Of a stretch of DNA of 64,000 bases, positions 37,239-46,470 are shown piece after piece. The translations under genes were made by a program, and so were the position numbers. The DNA is from an uncultured Clostridium sp. (GTDB lineage Bacteria > Bacillota > Clostridia > TANB77 > CAG-508): contig CAOJRU010000005.1 in assembly GCA_948442365.1 (NCBI GenBank), forward strand, positions 12,903-76,902, given 5' to 3'. Below the pieces are notes generated by a model. That model was not told the DNA's origin. It ran no database searches and saw nothing but the letters and a program-made list of their open reading frames with translations. Numbering within the stretch: position 1 is the stretch's first letter; each line of letters starts with the position of its first letter.

Positions 37239-38953
37239 GAGAACCAGTTCATAAAATGCCAAAATATGAAAATTTAAAAGAAATGCTTGAAAAGTCAGGA
37301 GAAATGTATGGAGACAGACCAGCTTATTTATTTAAAACAGGAGAGGCTGGAAAATTCAGAGAAATTACGCACAAACAGTATAGAGAAGAAATTAACAATT
37401 TAGGAACAGCTTTAATAGATATGGGATTGAAAGATAAGAGAATTGCTGTCATATCAGAAAATAGATATGAATGGGGACTAGCCTATTTTGCAACCGTAGC
37501 AGGAACAGGTGTGGTGGTTCCACTAGATAAAGCCTTACCAGACAATGAAATAGAGAATTTAATCATTCGTTCCGAAGCGGATGCAGTTTTCTATTCGAAT
37601 AAATATGATGGGATTATGAAAGAAATAAGAGAAAAAAATAATACGAATCTAAAATTTTTTATTTCTATGGATTTAGAAAAAGAAAAGGATGGTATTTATT
37701 CGCAAGCAGAATTAGTGAGCAAAGGTAAAGAATTAATAGAAAAGGGAAATAGAAAATTCTTAGATGCCAAAATTAATGCTGAGGAAATGGCAATTATGCT
37801 ATTTACATCTGGAACAACAGCTATGTCAAAGGCAGTAGCTTTATCACATAGAAATATTTGTGCTAACTTATTTGATATTGCTTCTACTATTAAAGTCGAT
37901 GAGAAGGATGTATTTTTATCTTTTCTACCATTACATCATACCTTTGAATGTACGACAGGATTTATTTATCCTATTTCAAAAGGAACTGCTATTGCCTTTT
38001 GTGAAGGAATTAGACATATTGCCGACAATATCAAAGAATATAGAATAACGGTTATGGTTTCTGTTCCTATTCTTTTTGAAAGTATGTACAAAAAAGTAAT
38101 GAAAAATATTGAGAAAAAAGGAAAATTAGAAACAGTAAAAAAAGGAATCAAAATCAGTCAATTTTTATTAAAATTTGGAATTGACATCAGAAGAAAATTA
38201 TTTAAAGAAATACATGACAATTTAGGAGGAAGACTAAGATTATTTGTATCTGGTGGAGCAGCCTTAGACCCAGAAACAGAAAAGGGATTTAATGAATTAG
38301 GCGTTGTTACCTATCAAGGTTATGGATTAACAGAAAGTTCACCAGTAATTGCAGCAGAAGATGACAAATATAGGAGATTAGGTTCGATTGGAAGAGCCTT
38401 TCCTAGCTTAGATGTAAAAATAGTAGAGCCAAACGAAGAAGGAATCGGAGAATTAGTTGCTAAAGGACCTTCTATTATGTTAGGCTATTACAATAATGAA
38501 GAAGCAACCAAAGAAACCATTGATGAAGAAGGTTGGCTACATACAGGAGATTTAGCAAGAATCGATTCAGATGGCTATATATTCATTTCTGGTAGAAAGA
38601 AATTTGTCATTGTTTTAAAAAATGGAAAAAATATTTATCCAGAAGAATTAGAAACATTAATCAACAAAATAGAAGGGATTAAGGAAAGCTTTGTTTATGG
38701 GAAACCAGATGGAGAAGGCGATTACAAAATTTGTGCTAAAATTGTTTATGATAAAGAATTAGTAGAAGAAATCTATCATACTTCCAAGAAGGAAGAGTTA
38801 AAAGAATTAATTTGGCAAGAGGTTAAAAAAGTAAATAAAACCATGCCAGCCTATAAATATATTAGAGAAATTTCTGTTACAGAAGATGACTTGATTAAAA
38901 CAACCACACAAAAAATAAAGAGATTTGAAGAAATTAAGACAGTATTAAACTAA
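37235..38953 (+). CDS. long-chain fatty acid--CoA ligase (AMP-forming)
   Basis: AMP-binding motifs MLFTSGTTAMSKAV, YGLTESS, TGDLARIDSDGYIFISGRKK. Confidence 0.9.
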   Translation: MREPVHKMPKYENLKEMLEKSGEMYGDRPAYLFKTGEAGKFREITHKQYREEINNLGTALIDMGLKDKRIAVISENRYEWGLAYFATVAGTGVVVPLDKALPDNEIENLIIRSEADAVFYSNKYDGIMKEIREKNNTNLKFFISMDLEKEKDGIYSQAELVSKGKELIEKGNRKFLDAKINAEEMAIMLFTSGTTAMSKAVALSHRNICANLFDIASTIKVDEKDVFLSFLPLHHTFECTTGFIYPISKGTAIAFCEGIRHIADNIKEYRITVMVSVPILFESMYKKVMKNIEKKGKLETVKKGIKISQFLLKFGIDIRRKLFKEIHDNLGGRLRLFVSGGAALDPETEKGFNELGVVTYQGYGLTESSPVIAAEDDKYRRLGSIGRAFPSLDVKIVEPNEEGIGELVAKGPSIMLGYYNNEEATKETIDEEGWLHTGDLARIDSDGYIFISGRKKFVIVLKNGKNIYPEELETLINKIEGIKESFVYGKPDGEGDYKICAKIVYDKELVEEIYHTSKKEELKELIWQEVKKVNKTMPAYKYIREISVTEDDLIKTTTQKIKRFEEIKTVLN

Positions 38954-39018
38954 AAAGTCGAACGATGAAAACGCTGTAGGGAAATAAGAATAAGAGGATG
39001 TCGAAATTAAAAACATAT

Positions 39019-39045
39019 TGTAATATTTTTGTAACATTTGTGTAA
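39019..39045. promoter_or_regulatory. three TGTAA direct repeats phased at 11 bp (candidate regulator site)
   Basis: TGTAA at 39019, 39030 and 39041. The reverse complement matches the TTACA triplet at 54140-54166. Confidence 0.35.
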
Positions 39046-39162
39046 TGAAAAATTAAAATAAAATTATGCAAAACTACTTGTAGTTTTTTATTAGTTAATG
39101 TATAATGATAAATGAAAGAGATAAAAAGCGAGCATGCGTAAGATAAAAGGAGGTACATTACA

Positions 39163-40014
39163 ATGTCAAAATCAGGCATAGTAAATGTGAGAATGGTTAT
39201 CACAGAAGAAAAAATGTTATGCAATATAGATAAAATTCAAAAATTAATTAATCCAAAGAGTAAGAAACAAATTGTTCAATTAGAAGATGATTCTTACTTT
39301 AAAGATTTAATTGAGTCAATAAAAATGTATTTAATAGAATATCCAAAAAAGAAAAATTTTCCATCTAGTGTATATAAAGCAGCCTATGGGTTAGTTGAAT
39401 TTGCAACCAACCAATTTGAAGAAAACACAAAAAAGATTGAAGAATTAATCAGACAAAGAGAACAAAATATAGCACAAGCAGGACAATTAAAAGAATTGTT
39501 GGAAGCAACGGAACTAGAAAATAGAGAAAAAGATTGGAAAGAAAAAGTAAAAAAAGCAGAAGGTACATTTTCTGAAGATATGATTGAAGCATTAACGATT
39601 GTTGGAAAAACAAAAGAAGTTGAGAGCGAAGATTATCAAGATGCTATTAAATTATTAAATGCAAGAATTAATAATTTAGAAACCAATTTACATATTGAAA
39701 TTGACATGGAAAGAATTGAAGATCGATCAAAAGCTTTAAGTTATATTGGAATAGAAATAGCAGATGCTTTAAAATCCATTCCAACACCAATTGACGAACC
39801 AGAAGTAAATGTAATAGCAGAAGAAGAAGTGGAAGCAACACCAGCAGTAGCACAACAACAATATGTGGAAGAAACAACATTTGAAGCAAAACAAAGTTTA
39901 TGGCAAAGAATTAAAAATAGTAAATTCGTAAGAGCTATGAAAGCAATTACAAGAATTAGAATTGTTTTGGATTATTCAGATGCACTTCCAGAAGGTAGAG
40001 GAGAAAATAATTAA
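39163..40014 (+). CDS. hypothetical coiled-coil/acidic protein
   Basis: 283-aa ORF with an AAGGAGG RBS and an extended -10 (TGTATAAT) upstream. I recognise no family. Confidence 0.6.
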   Translation: MSKSGIVNVRMVITEEKMLCNIDKIQKLINPKSKKQIVQLEDDSYFKDLIESIKMYLIEYPKKKNFPSSVYKAAYGLVEFATNQFEENTKKIEELIRQREQNIAQAGQLKELLEATELENREKDWKEKVKKAEGTFSEDMIEALTIVGKTKEVESEDYQDAIKLLNARINNLETNLHIEIDMERIEDRSKALSYIGIEIADALKSIPTPIDEPEVNVIAEEEVEATPAVAQQQYVEETTFEAKQSLWQRIKNSKFVRAMKAITRIRIVLDYSDALPEGRGENN

Positions 40015-40037
40015 TAGAAATAAATTAGAAAAGAAGT

Positions 40038-40223
40038 CTATATGACTTCTTTTGCTATTCTGACTATTTCGCTAAATCTTCTTGTTTGAGTTATGTATTT
40101 CAAACTTTCAACATTCAATACCAAGTAATTTTCTAATAATTTGTTATATTCTTTAACAGTTCTTATATTTAGTAGCTTTATCATTTTCAGAGACTTTAAA
40201 TAATATTCTTTCATATCAACCAT
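40038..40223 (-). CDS. small hypothetical protein
   Basis: 61-aa ORF with a GGAGATGG-like RBS. I recognise no family. Confidence 0.4.
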   Translation of the reverse strand: MVDMKEYYLKSLKMIKLLNIRTVKEYNKLLENYLVLNVESLKYITQTRRFSEIVRIAKEVI

Positions 40224-40327
40224 CTCCTTTTTATATATTACACCACATTATGTCAACTTTGCATGTTGAAATTTGTCGAATTATAAAAATTATTTTTATT
40301 TCCTTGCTAGCAAAATATATACAAACA

Positions 40328-40352
40328 ATACCAAGCCCTAAAAGCTTGGTAT
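40328..40352 (-). terminator. terminator hairpin downstream of rnj
   Basis: ATACCAAGC-cctaaaa-GCTTGGTAT forms a 9-bp stem just 3' of the rnj stop codon. Confidence 0.55.
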
Positions 40353-40364
40353 CTCTGCATTTTT

Positions 40365-42344
40365 CTATACTTCCATAATAATGGGAATAATCATTGGGTT
40401 TCTTTTTGTCTTCATAAAGATGTAATCCCTTAAATTCTCTCTTGTGGTTGATTTTATTGTTGCCCAATCTGTAATTCCTCTATCTTCACATTTCTTTATT
40501 TCATGTCTTACCACAGACTTTACATCATCCATTAAGTTTTCAGATTCTCTAACATAAACAAATCCTCTTGAAATAACATCTGGACCAGCAACCACTTCTC
40601 CTGTCGTAGAATCCATCGTAAGCACAATCACTATTAATCCATCTTGTGACAGATGCTGTCTATCTCTTAGAACAATACTTCCTACATCTCCAACGCCTAA
40701 GCCGTCTACTAAAATTCTACCACTTGGAACAGAAGTTGTTAATTCTGCTCCTTCTTTATTAATCTCTAATACTCTACCATTTGACATCATAATAATATTG
40801 TCTTTATCAATTCCCATACTTTGTGCCGTTTCGCTATGAGCAATCAATTGTCTGTATTCCCCATGTACAGGTATGAAATATTTCGGTTTTGTTAAAGCTA
40901 ATATCAATTTTTGTTCTTCTTGACAGGCATGACCTGAAACATGTATTGTTTCTAAAGAGCTGTATACTACTTCTGCCCCAATTTGCATTAAATCATCAAT
41001 TACTTTTGATACAAATTTTTCGTTTCCTGGTATTGGTGTTGCGGAAATAATAACTAAGTCATTTTGTGTTATTTTTACTTTTCTATGATCCCCAGCAGCC
41101 ATTCTTGTTAAAGCTGACATTGGTTCTCCTTGACTTCCTGTAGTTATAATAACCAATTGCTCATCTGTATAGTTATTCATCCTATCAATATCAATAAATA
41201 TATTATCTGGACATTCGATATAGCCTAATTCTTTCGCTGTTTCTATCATATTTATCATACTTCTACCACAGACAGCAATTTTTCGATTATATTTAATAGC
41301 TGAATTAACAATTTGTTGTACTCTATGCACATTAGAAGCAAAGGTTGCTACTACAATTCTTTTTGTGCAATGTAAAAACAATTTGTCAAACACTTCTCCT
41401 ATTGAACTTTCTGACATGGTAAAACCTTTTCTTTCTGCATTGGTACTGTCTGACATAAGAGCCAAAATTCCTTGATTTCCAATTTCAGCAATTCTTCCAA
41501 AGTCCATGATTTTTCCGTCAATTGGTGTATAGTCTACCTTAAAATCACCCGTGTGTAAAATGGTTCCTGCTGGTGTAGTAATCGCTAACATAACAGAATC
41601 TGGAATACTATGTGAGCTTCTAATAAATTCTACTTTGAAGTTCTTTCCTAAACTTATTGTTTGTCCTTGCATTACTTCTGTTAATTTCGTACTTCTTAAT
41701 AATTTGTGCTCTTCTAATTTATTTCTAATTAATCCACAAGCTAGTCTAGGTGCATAAATTGGTATATTAATTTTTTTCAATAAATATGGTACACTTCCGA
41801 TATGGTCTTCGTGTCCATGTGTTATAATTAGTCCTTTGATTTTGTCTACATTTTTTTCTAAGTACGTAATATCTGGTATGACTAAATCAATTCCTAACAT
41901 ATCATCTTCTGGGAAAGACAATCCACAGTCTACTACAATCATTTCATTTTCATATTCAAAAACTGTAATGTTTTTTCCTACTTCATGTAATCCACCTAAT
42001 GGAATTATCTTTAGTTTAGAGGATTTAAATAAAGAATTATTTTTACTTGTTCTATTATTTCTTCTAGTAGTTGTTCTCTTTTTTCTTTCGGTGCTTGTGC
42101 TTGTATTTGTTTTTGTTTCTTCTTTTTCCACATTTTCTATTTCTGCTGTAGAAACTCTTTTTTCTTTTTCATTTTTTGTACTAAGACTATTGGTTCTTTT
42201 ATGATATGGTCTTGTTGTTCGAGTATTTTTTTCTCCTTCTTGTGTGCTTCTTCTTGTAGTTCTTGTCGTTCTTGTCGTCCTTGTTGTTCTTTCTTTCTTT
42301 TCATAACTTCTCTTTGGCTTATTTTCTAATTTTTCTTCTGCCAT
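40365..42344 (-). CDS. rnj: ribonuclease J with a ~110-aa basic Thr/Arg/Lys/Asn-rich N-terminal extension
   Basis: Metallo-beta-lactamase/beta-CASP motifs (ITHGHEDHIGSVPYL, HVSGHACQEE). ATG at 42344 lies 6 nt after AGAGGA. The extension contains TRTTRTTRTTR encoded by 9-bp tandem repeats. Confidence 0.92.
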   Translation of the reverse strand: MAEEKLENKPKRSYEKKERTTRTTRTTRTTRRSTQEGEKNTRTTRPYHKRTNSLSTKNEKEKRVSTAEIENVEKEETKTNTSTSTERKKRTTTRRNNRTSKNNSLFKSSKLKIIPLGGLHEVGKNITVFEYENEMIVVDCGLSFPEDDMLGIDLVIPDITYLEKNVDKIKGLIITHGHEDHIGSVPYLLKKINIPIYAPRLACGLIRNKLEEHKLLRSTKLTEVMQGQTISLGKNFKVEFIRSSHSIPDSVMLAITTPAGTILHTGDFKVDYTPIDGKIMDFGRIAEIGNQGILALMSDSTNAERKGFTMSESSIGEVFDKLFLHCTKRIVVATFASNVHRVQQIVNSAIKYNRKIAVCGRSMINMIETAKELGYIECPDNIFIDIDRMNNYTDEQLVIITTGSQGEPMSALTRMAAGDHRKVKITQNDLVIISATPIPGNEKFVSKVIDDLMQIGAEVVYSSLETIHVSGHACQEEQKLILALTKPKYFIPVHGEYRQLIAHSETAQSMGIDKDNIIMMSNGRVLEINKEGAELTTSVPSGRILVDGLGVGDVGSIVLRDRQHLSQDGLIVIVLTMDSTTGEVVAGPDVISRGFVYVRESENLMDDVKSVVRHEIKKCEDRGITDWATIKSTTRENLRDYIFMKTKRNPMIIPIIMEV

Positions 42345-42931
42345 AAATCTTCCTCTTTTCTCTTTCTTATTTTTTGATTTTATTAATAATTTCCTTGTTA
42401 GCATTCGTAAATAGTATCCTATATTACTATTAAATTACTTTTAGAAACAGCAAAAAATTTACTCACATATATGTGAGATATCCAATCATATAGAATAATT
42501 TTCTTATTTATCACTTGAATCCTAACTTAATCATATGTAGTATAAAATAAAGTTTCATATTCTATGCTTACTTTTTCTCTCTTCTTAAACATAGAATAAA
42601 CTTTTTAAATTCCGATCCCTACTATTATTTGCTTTATTTTCTCTTTTCATACATTTTTTACTTAATAATAAAATCTCATTCTTTAGCAACTAAGCAATTT
42701 GTTGCTAATCACTGTTTTTCATTATACTATATTTTTCTTTAAAAGTCAAATTCGCATTTAGTTTTCTAAATGGGAATTTGACTTGGATAATGAAAACCAC
42801 CCGTTTTATGGGTGGTTATTTATATTCTCATAAAATCAATATGTGCTATAATTGAAAAATAATACCTTGTAAACCCATAAAAAATCTGATATAATAAGTC
42901 AATAAGAGAGAAAAGATAGGAGAGAAAGAGA

Positions 42932-44593
42932 ATGGATTATAAAGATTTAGCTAATTTAATATTTCCAGAAGCAAAGGAAATAGCATATTATGAAGAAAAA
43001 TATCCAGAAAGGAACTTAAAAGAAGGAGCAATTGTCACAAGATTTGCACCAAGTCCAACTGGATTTGTACATATAGGGGGATTATATCAATCGTTAATTG
43101 CTAGAAAGTTAACGAAACAAACAGAAGGAGTATTCTTTTTAAGAGTAGAAGATACAGACCAAAAAAGAGAAGTAGAAAATGGAGTAACAGGAATTGTAAA
43201 CGCATTAAAAGATTTTGTCATATTACCAGATGAAGGGATGATTTCTGAAACGGATGAAAAAGGAAATTATGGACCATACAAACAATCACTAAGAAAAGAA
43301 ATATACCAAGCATATAGCAAATATCTAATTGAACAGGGAAAAGCTTACCCATGTTTTTGTACATCAGAAGAGGTAGAAGGAATAAGAGCGAAACAAGAAG
43401 CGGCCAAAATTAGACCTGGATATTATGGCGCATGGGCTAAATGTAGAAATCATACAGTAGAAGAAATGGCAGAAAGAATAAAAAATGGAGATAGTTATAT
43501 TATTCGTTTTAAATCACCAGGAAGAGAAGATAGAAAAATTAAACATCATGACTTAATCAAAGGAAATGTTGACTTTCCAGAAAATGACCAAGATATTGTT
43601 ATTATTAAAGCAGATGGATTACCAACCTATCACTTTGCGCATGCCATTGATGATCATTTGATGAGAACAACTCATGTTATTCGTGGTGATGAGTGGTTAT
43701 CTTCTGTTCCCTTGCATTTACAATTGTTTCATGAATTAGGTTTTAAAGCGCCTAAATATGCTCATATTGCCCCAATCATGAAAAATGATGAGGGAAATAA
43801 AAGAAAGCTAAGTAAAAGAAAAGATGCCGAAGCAGCAGTTAGCTATTATGAAGAAGAGGGAATTCCAGAAGAAGCAGTCAAAGAATATTTGCTAAATATT
43901 GCCAACTCAAATTTTGAAAATTGGAGAAGAGCGAATCCAGACAAGTCAATGGATGAATTTGAACTTCAATTGAATAAAATGAGTGTAAGTGGTGCTTTAT
44001 TTGATATGGTCAAATTGCTAGATGTGGGAAAAACAGTTATTTCAAGAATGACAGCAGAGAAAGTGTACGAAGAAGCTAGTAAATGGGCCCAAAAGCATGA
44101 TGATGAATTAGTAAAAATGCTAGAAGATAAAGAATATGCACTAAAGGTATTTGGTATTGAAAGAGGAAATAAAAAGCCAAGAAAAGATATTTCAAAATGG
44201 TCAGAAGTAAAAGAAAATATTGAGTATATGTATGATGATAAATTTTATGATAAAGTGCAAGAATATCCGTATCAAGTGATAAATGACAAAGAAGAAATTA
44301 AAAAGATATTAACCTTATATCTGGAGAAATATTATGATGTGGCTTATGACAAGCAAACTTGGTTTGATCAGATTAAAGAATTAGCGGGAGAGATGGGGTA
44401 TGCCAAAGAAGTAAAAGAGTTTAAGACAAACCCAGATCAATATAAGGCCCATGTTGGTGATGTAAGTACTGTTTTAAGAGTGGCTTTAACAGCTAGAACC
44501 AATACGCCAGATATGTATGAGATTATGCAGATTTTAGGGAAAGATAGAATGGCAAAAAGATTTGAGAAAGCAATACAAGAAATGGGGCTGTAA
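42932..44593 (+). CDS. gltX: glutamate--tRNA ligase (long form)
   Basis: Class I signatures FAPSPTGFVHIGG and KLSKRK, plus the RVEDTDQKRE GltX-type motif. Confidence 0.9.
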   Translation: MDYKDLANLIFPEAKEIAYYEEKYPERNLKEGAIVTRFAPSPTGFVHIGGLYQSLIARKLTKQTEGVFFLRVEDTDQKREVENGVTGIVNALKDFVILPDEGMISETDEKGNYGPYKQSLRKEIYQAYSKYLIEQGKAYPCFCTSEEVEGIRAKQEAAKIRPGYYGAWAKCRNHTVEEMAERIKNGDSYIIRFKSPGREDRKIKHHDLIKGNVDFPENDQDIVIIKADGLPTYHFAHAIDDHLMRTTHVIRGDEWLSSVPLHLQLFHELGFKAPKYAHIAPIMKNDEGNKRKLSKRKDAEAAVSYYEEEGIPEEAVKEYLLNIANSNFENWRRANPDKSMDEFELQLNKMSVSGALFDMVKLLDVGKTVISRMTAEKVYEEASKWAQKHDDELVKMLEDKEYALKVFGIERGNKKPRKDISKWSEVKENIEYMYDDKFYDKVQEYPYQVINDKEEIKKILTLYLEKYYDVAYDKQTWFDQIKELAGEMGYAKEVKEFKTNPDQYKAHVGDVSTVLRVALTARTNTPDMYEIMQILGKDRMAKRFEKAIQEMGL

Positions 44594-44594
44594 A

Positions 44595-44789
44595 ATGGAG
44601 TATCAAGTAGGAGATATTGTAAGAACGAAAAAGCAACATCCTTGCGGAAGTAAATTATGGGAAATTACTAGAGTTGGTGTTGATTTTAAGTTGAAGTGTC
44701 AAGGTTGTGAGCATGTGATAATGCTACCCAGAGAGAAAGCTTTGAAAGCAATTACGAAGAAAATGGGAAAAAAAGAGACTCAGGCATAA
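44595..44789 (+). CDS. DUF951 family small protein
   Basis: MEYQVGDIVRTKKQHPCGSKLWEITRVGVDFKLKCQGCEHVIMLPR shows the CxxC...CxxC DUF951 pattern. The start lies 2 nt after the gltX stop. Confidence 0.8.
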   Translation: MEYQVGDIVRTKKQHPCGSKLWEITRVGVDFKLKCQGCEHVIMLPREKALKAITKKMGKKETQA

Positions 44790-44830
44790 GAGCCTGTTCT
44801 CTTTTTTTCATTTTGTAGATTTTTCGGAGA

Positions 44831-44938
44831 TCAAAAGCTTTTGCTGTCTCTCTTCTTTTCCAGATTCGCTATGCGCCGTGCCTCGCGTTTTTTTAATTTT
44901 TGTTGTTTCTTTTTTTCAAATTTAGGTTTTTGCGTCAT
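44831..44938 (-). CDS. doubtful 35-codon highly basic ORF. It carries the only in-frame CGG that is not at a recognised frame break.
   Basis: MTQKPKFEKKKQQKLKKREARRIANLEKKRDSKSF. GGAGGT lies only ~4 nt before the ATG. The local CGC GAG GCA CGG CGC segment is unusually GC-rich and I recognise no homology. Confidence 0.25.
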   Translation of the reverse strand: MTQKPKFEKKKQQKLKKREARRIANLEKKRDSKSF

Positions 44939-45154
44939 ATGACCTCCATTGGTGTGCGACCGATAAAGCTTGGTCGACTTATTAATTACATTGTACCTAT
45001 TATTATAATATAACAAAATCAACATAAAGTCAATATAGGAAAAGAAAATTATGTAAAAACATGGAGAGAAAAAGTAAATGTAACTAAATGACAAAAAACG
45101 ACATATAATACAATATAGTATCAAACAAGGTACTATATTGGAGGTGACTTTAAC

Positions 45155-45433
45155 ATGGAGCCACAAGAAACCATTTATTGCTATGACAACAGAGAAGAAA
45201 AATGTGCAAAAAAAAGAAATTGTCTAGGAATAGTAGCAATCATATTATTAACAGCATTTGCCGTTGTCATTGGTTTAATTATTGGAGCAGCTTTAGCTGC
45301 AGCAATAATTGCAGCATTACCAGCAATCATTGTGTTAGCTGTAATATTAGGGTTATTGTTGATTTTAACGATTATCTTAATGTTCTGTAACTGCAAAAAA
45401 GAGAAAAAATGCAAATGTAAATGTTGTTGCTAA
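45155..45433 (+). CDS. small membrane protein with a poly-Cys/Lys C-terminal tail
   Basis: 92 aa with a GGAGGTG RBS. A long Ala/Ile/Leu-rich TM region is followed by FCNCKKEKKCKCKCCC-stop. Confidence 0.55.
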   Translation: MEPQETIYCYDNREEKCAKKRNCLGIVAIILLTAFAVVIGLIIGAALAAAIIAALPAIIVLAVILGLLLILTIILMFCNCKKEKKCKCKCCC

Positions 45434-45554
45434 TAAAAAATAAAAGAGTTTCCCAACATAAAAAGTTCGCTTAAAGCAAATCTAAGGATTACTTTTTATG
45501 TAAGAAACTCTTTTTTAGCTCAAATTTTTAAAATTTCTAATTATAATATGGATA

Positions 45555-46148
45555 CTACTCTGGTAATTCTATAAATGGCTCAATAAAATTCCAAACATCA
45601 TCTTGATAAATTTTCCTTTCTGAAGAAAAAGGTAAGGTAGTAATATCACCAAGAGGATTTAATTGCTTTTGTAGAGAAATAACGGCTTCATTTACTTTTG
45701 TTTTAGCAATTTTGTCAGCTTTGTTGGCTAAAATTAAACAAGGCAATTTAGAGGAAATCATATAATTGTACATTAATTTGTCATTTTCAGAAGGACTATG
45801 TCTAATATCTACTAAAAAAATAATCAAAGAAATTTCTTTTCGATGGAATAAATATTGTTCAATAAATTTTCCAACTTGATCTTGTTCTTTTTTAGACATT
45901 TTACTATAACCATAGCCAGGCAAGTCAACAAAATAGAAACAATCATCTATATTGTAAAAATTAATTTGACGAGTTTTACCAGGTTCACTGCTAGTTCTAG
46001 CTAATTTTTTTCGATTAATCATAGTATTAACAAAACTAGATTTTCCTACATTAGATTTTCCCACCAAAACAATTTCAGGTAAACCATTAGATGGATATTG
46101 ATTTGGTCGAACAGCAGAAATTTCAAATTTTGGATTTTTAATAAGCAT
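45555..46148 (-). CDS. engB: ribosome biogenesis GTP-binding protein EngB/YsxC
   Basis: G1 GKSNVGKSS, DLPGYGY and NKADK motifs, 197 aa. Confidence 0.93.
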   Translation of the reverse strand: MLIKNPKFEISAVRPNQYPSNGLPEIVLVGKSNVGKSSFVNTMINRKKLARTSSEPGKTRQINFYNIDDCFYFVDLPGYGYSKMSKKEQDQVGKFIEQYLFHRKEISLIIFLVDIRHSPSENDKLMYNYMISSKLPCLILANKADKIAKTKVNEAVISLQKQLNPLGDITTLPFSSERKIYQDDVWNFIEPFIELPE

Positions 46149-46165
46149 AATATTTCTCCTTTAAA

Positions 46166-46470
46166 GTTGCCACTGTGCCAGTGGGGACGGACCTTTTTGG
46201 CAATCTTTGATTTATTTTTTATTAGATTGTATGGTATATAAAAATTTCGTTCTTTATTGGTGGGACGAATCATATAAAGTCATTAGATATATTTCATAGG
46301 TAGAAAAGTTAATCTATTTCTTCTGTATGAATAAGTGTCCTTCCAAACTGTGCGTCACTATATTTTTATATACCATACAATCTAAATAACACTAAACATT
46401 ATAGTTGCCAAAAAGGTCCGTCCCCAGTGGCACATTATCTGCCATTTAAACTTAGGAAATCAATGACAAA
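46166..46470. mobile_element. second copy of the nested M1 / inner-MITE composite, plus a degenerate M2 unit
   Basis: M1 arms 46175-46203 / 46395-46424. Inner arms 46221-46245 / 46352-46393 enclose a core ~85% identical to 33253-33324 with an extra ~35 bp. It has no coding capacity and sits between engB and serS. Confidence 0.8.

Noticed and set aside
42421-42931. T-box leader upstream of gltX
   Set aside because: GGGTGG occurs at 42810. It is only the 3' arm of a simple terminator hairpin, lacks the ACCGCG continuation and stem I features, and lies upstream of the likely gltX promoters.
44831-45166. 111-aa minus-strand ORF from the track
   Set aside because: The N-terminal two thirds is low-complexity hydrophobic read-through of an AT-rich intergenic region and overlaps the promoter and start of the 45155 gene. 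Only the last 35 codons, which have their own ATG and RBS, were kept, and only as a doubtful ORF.
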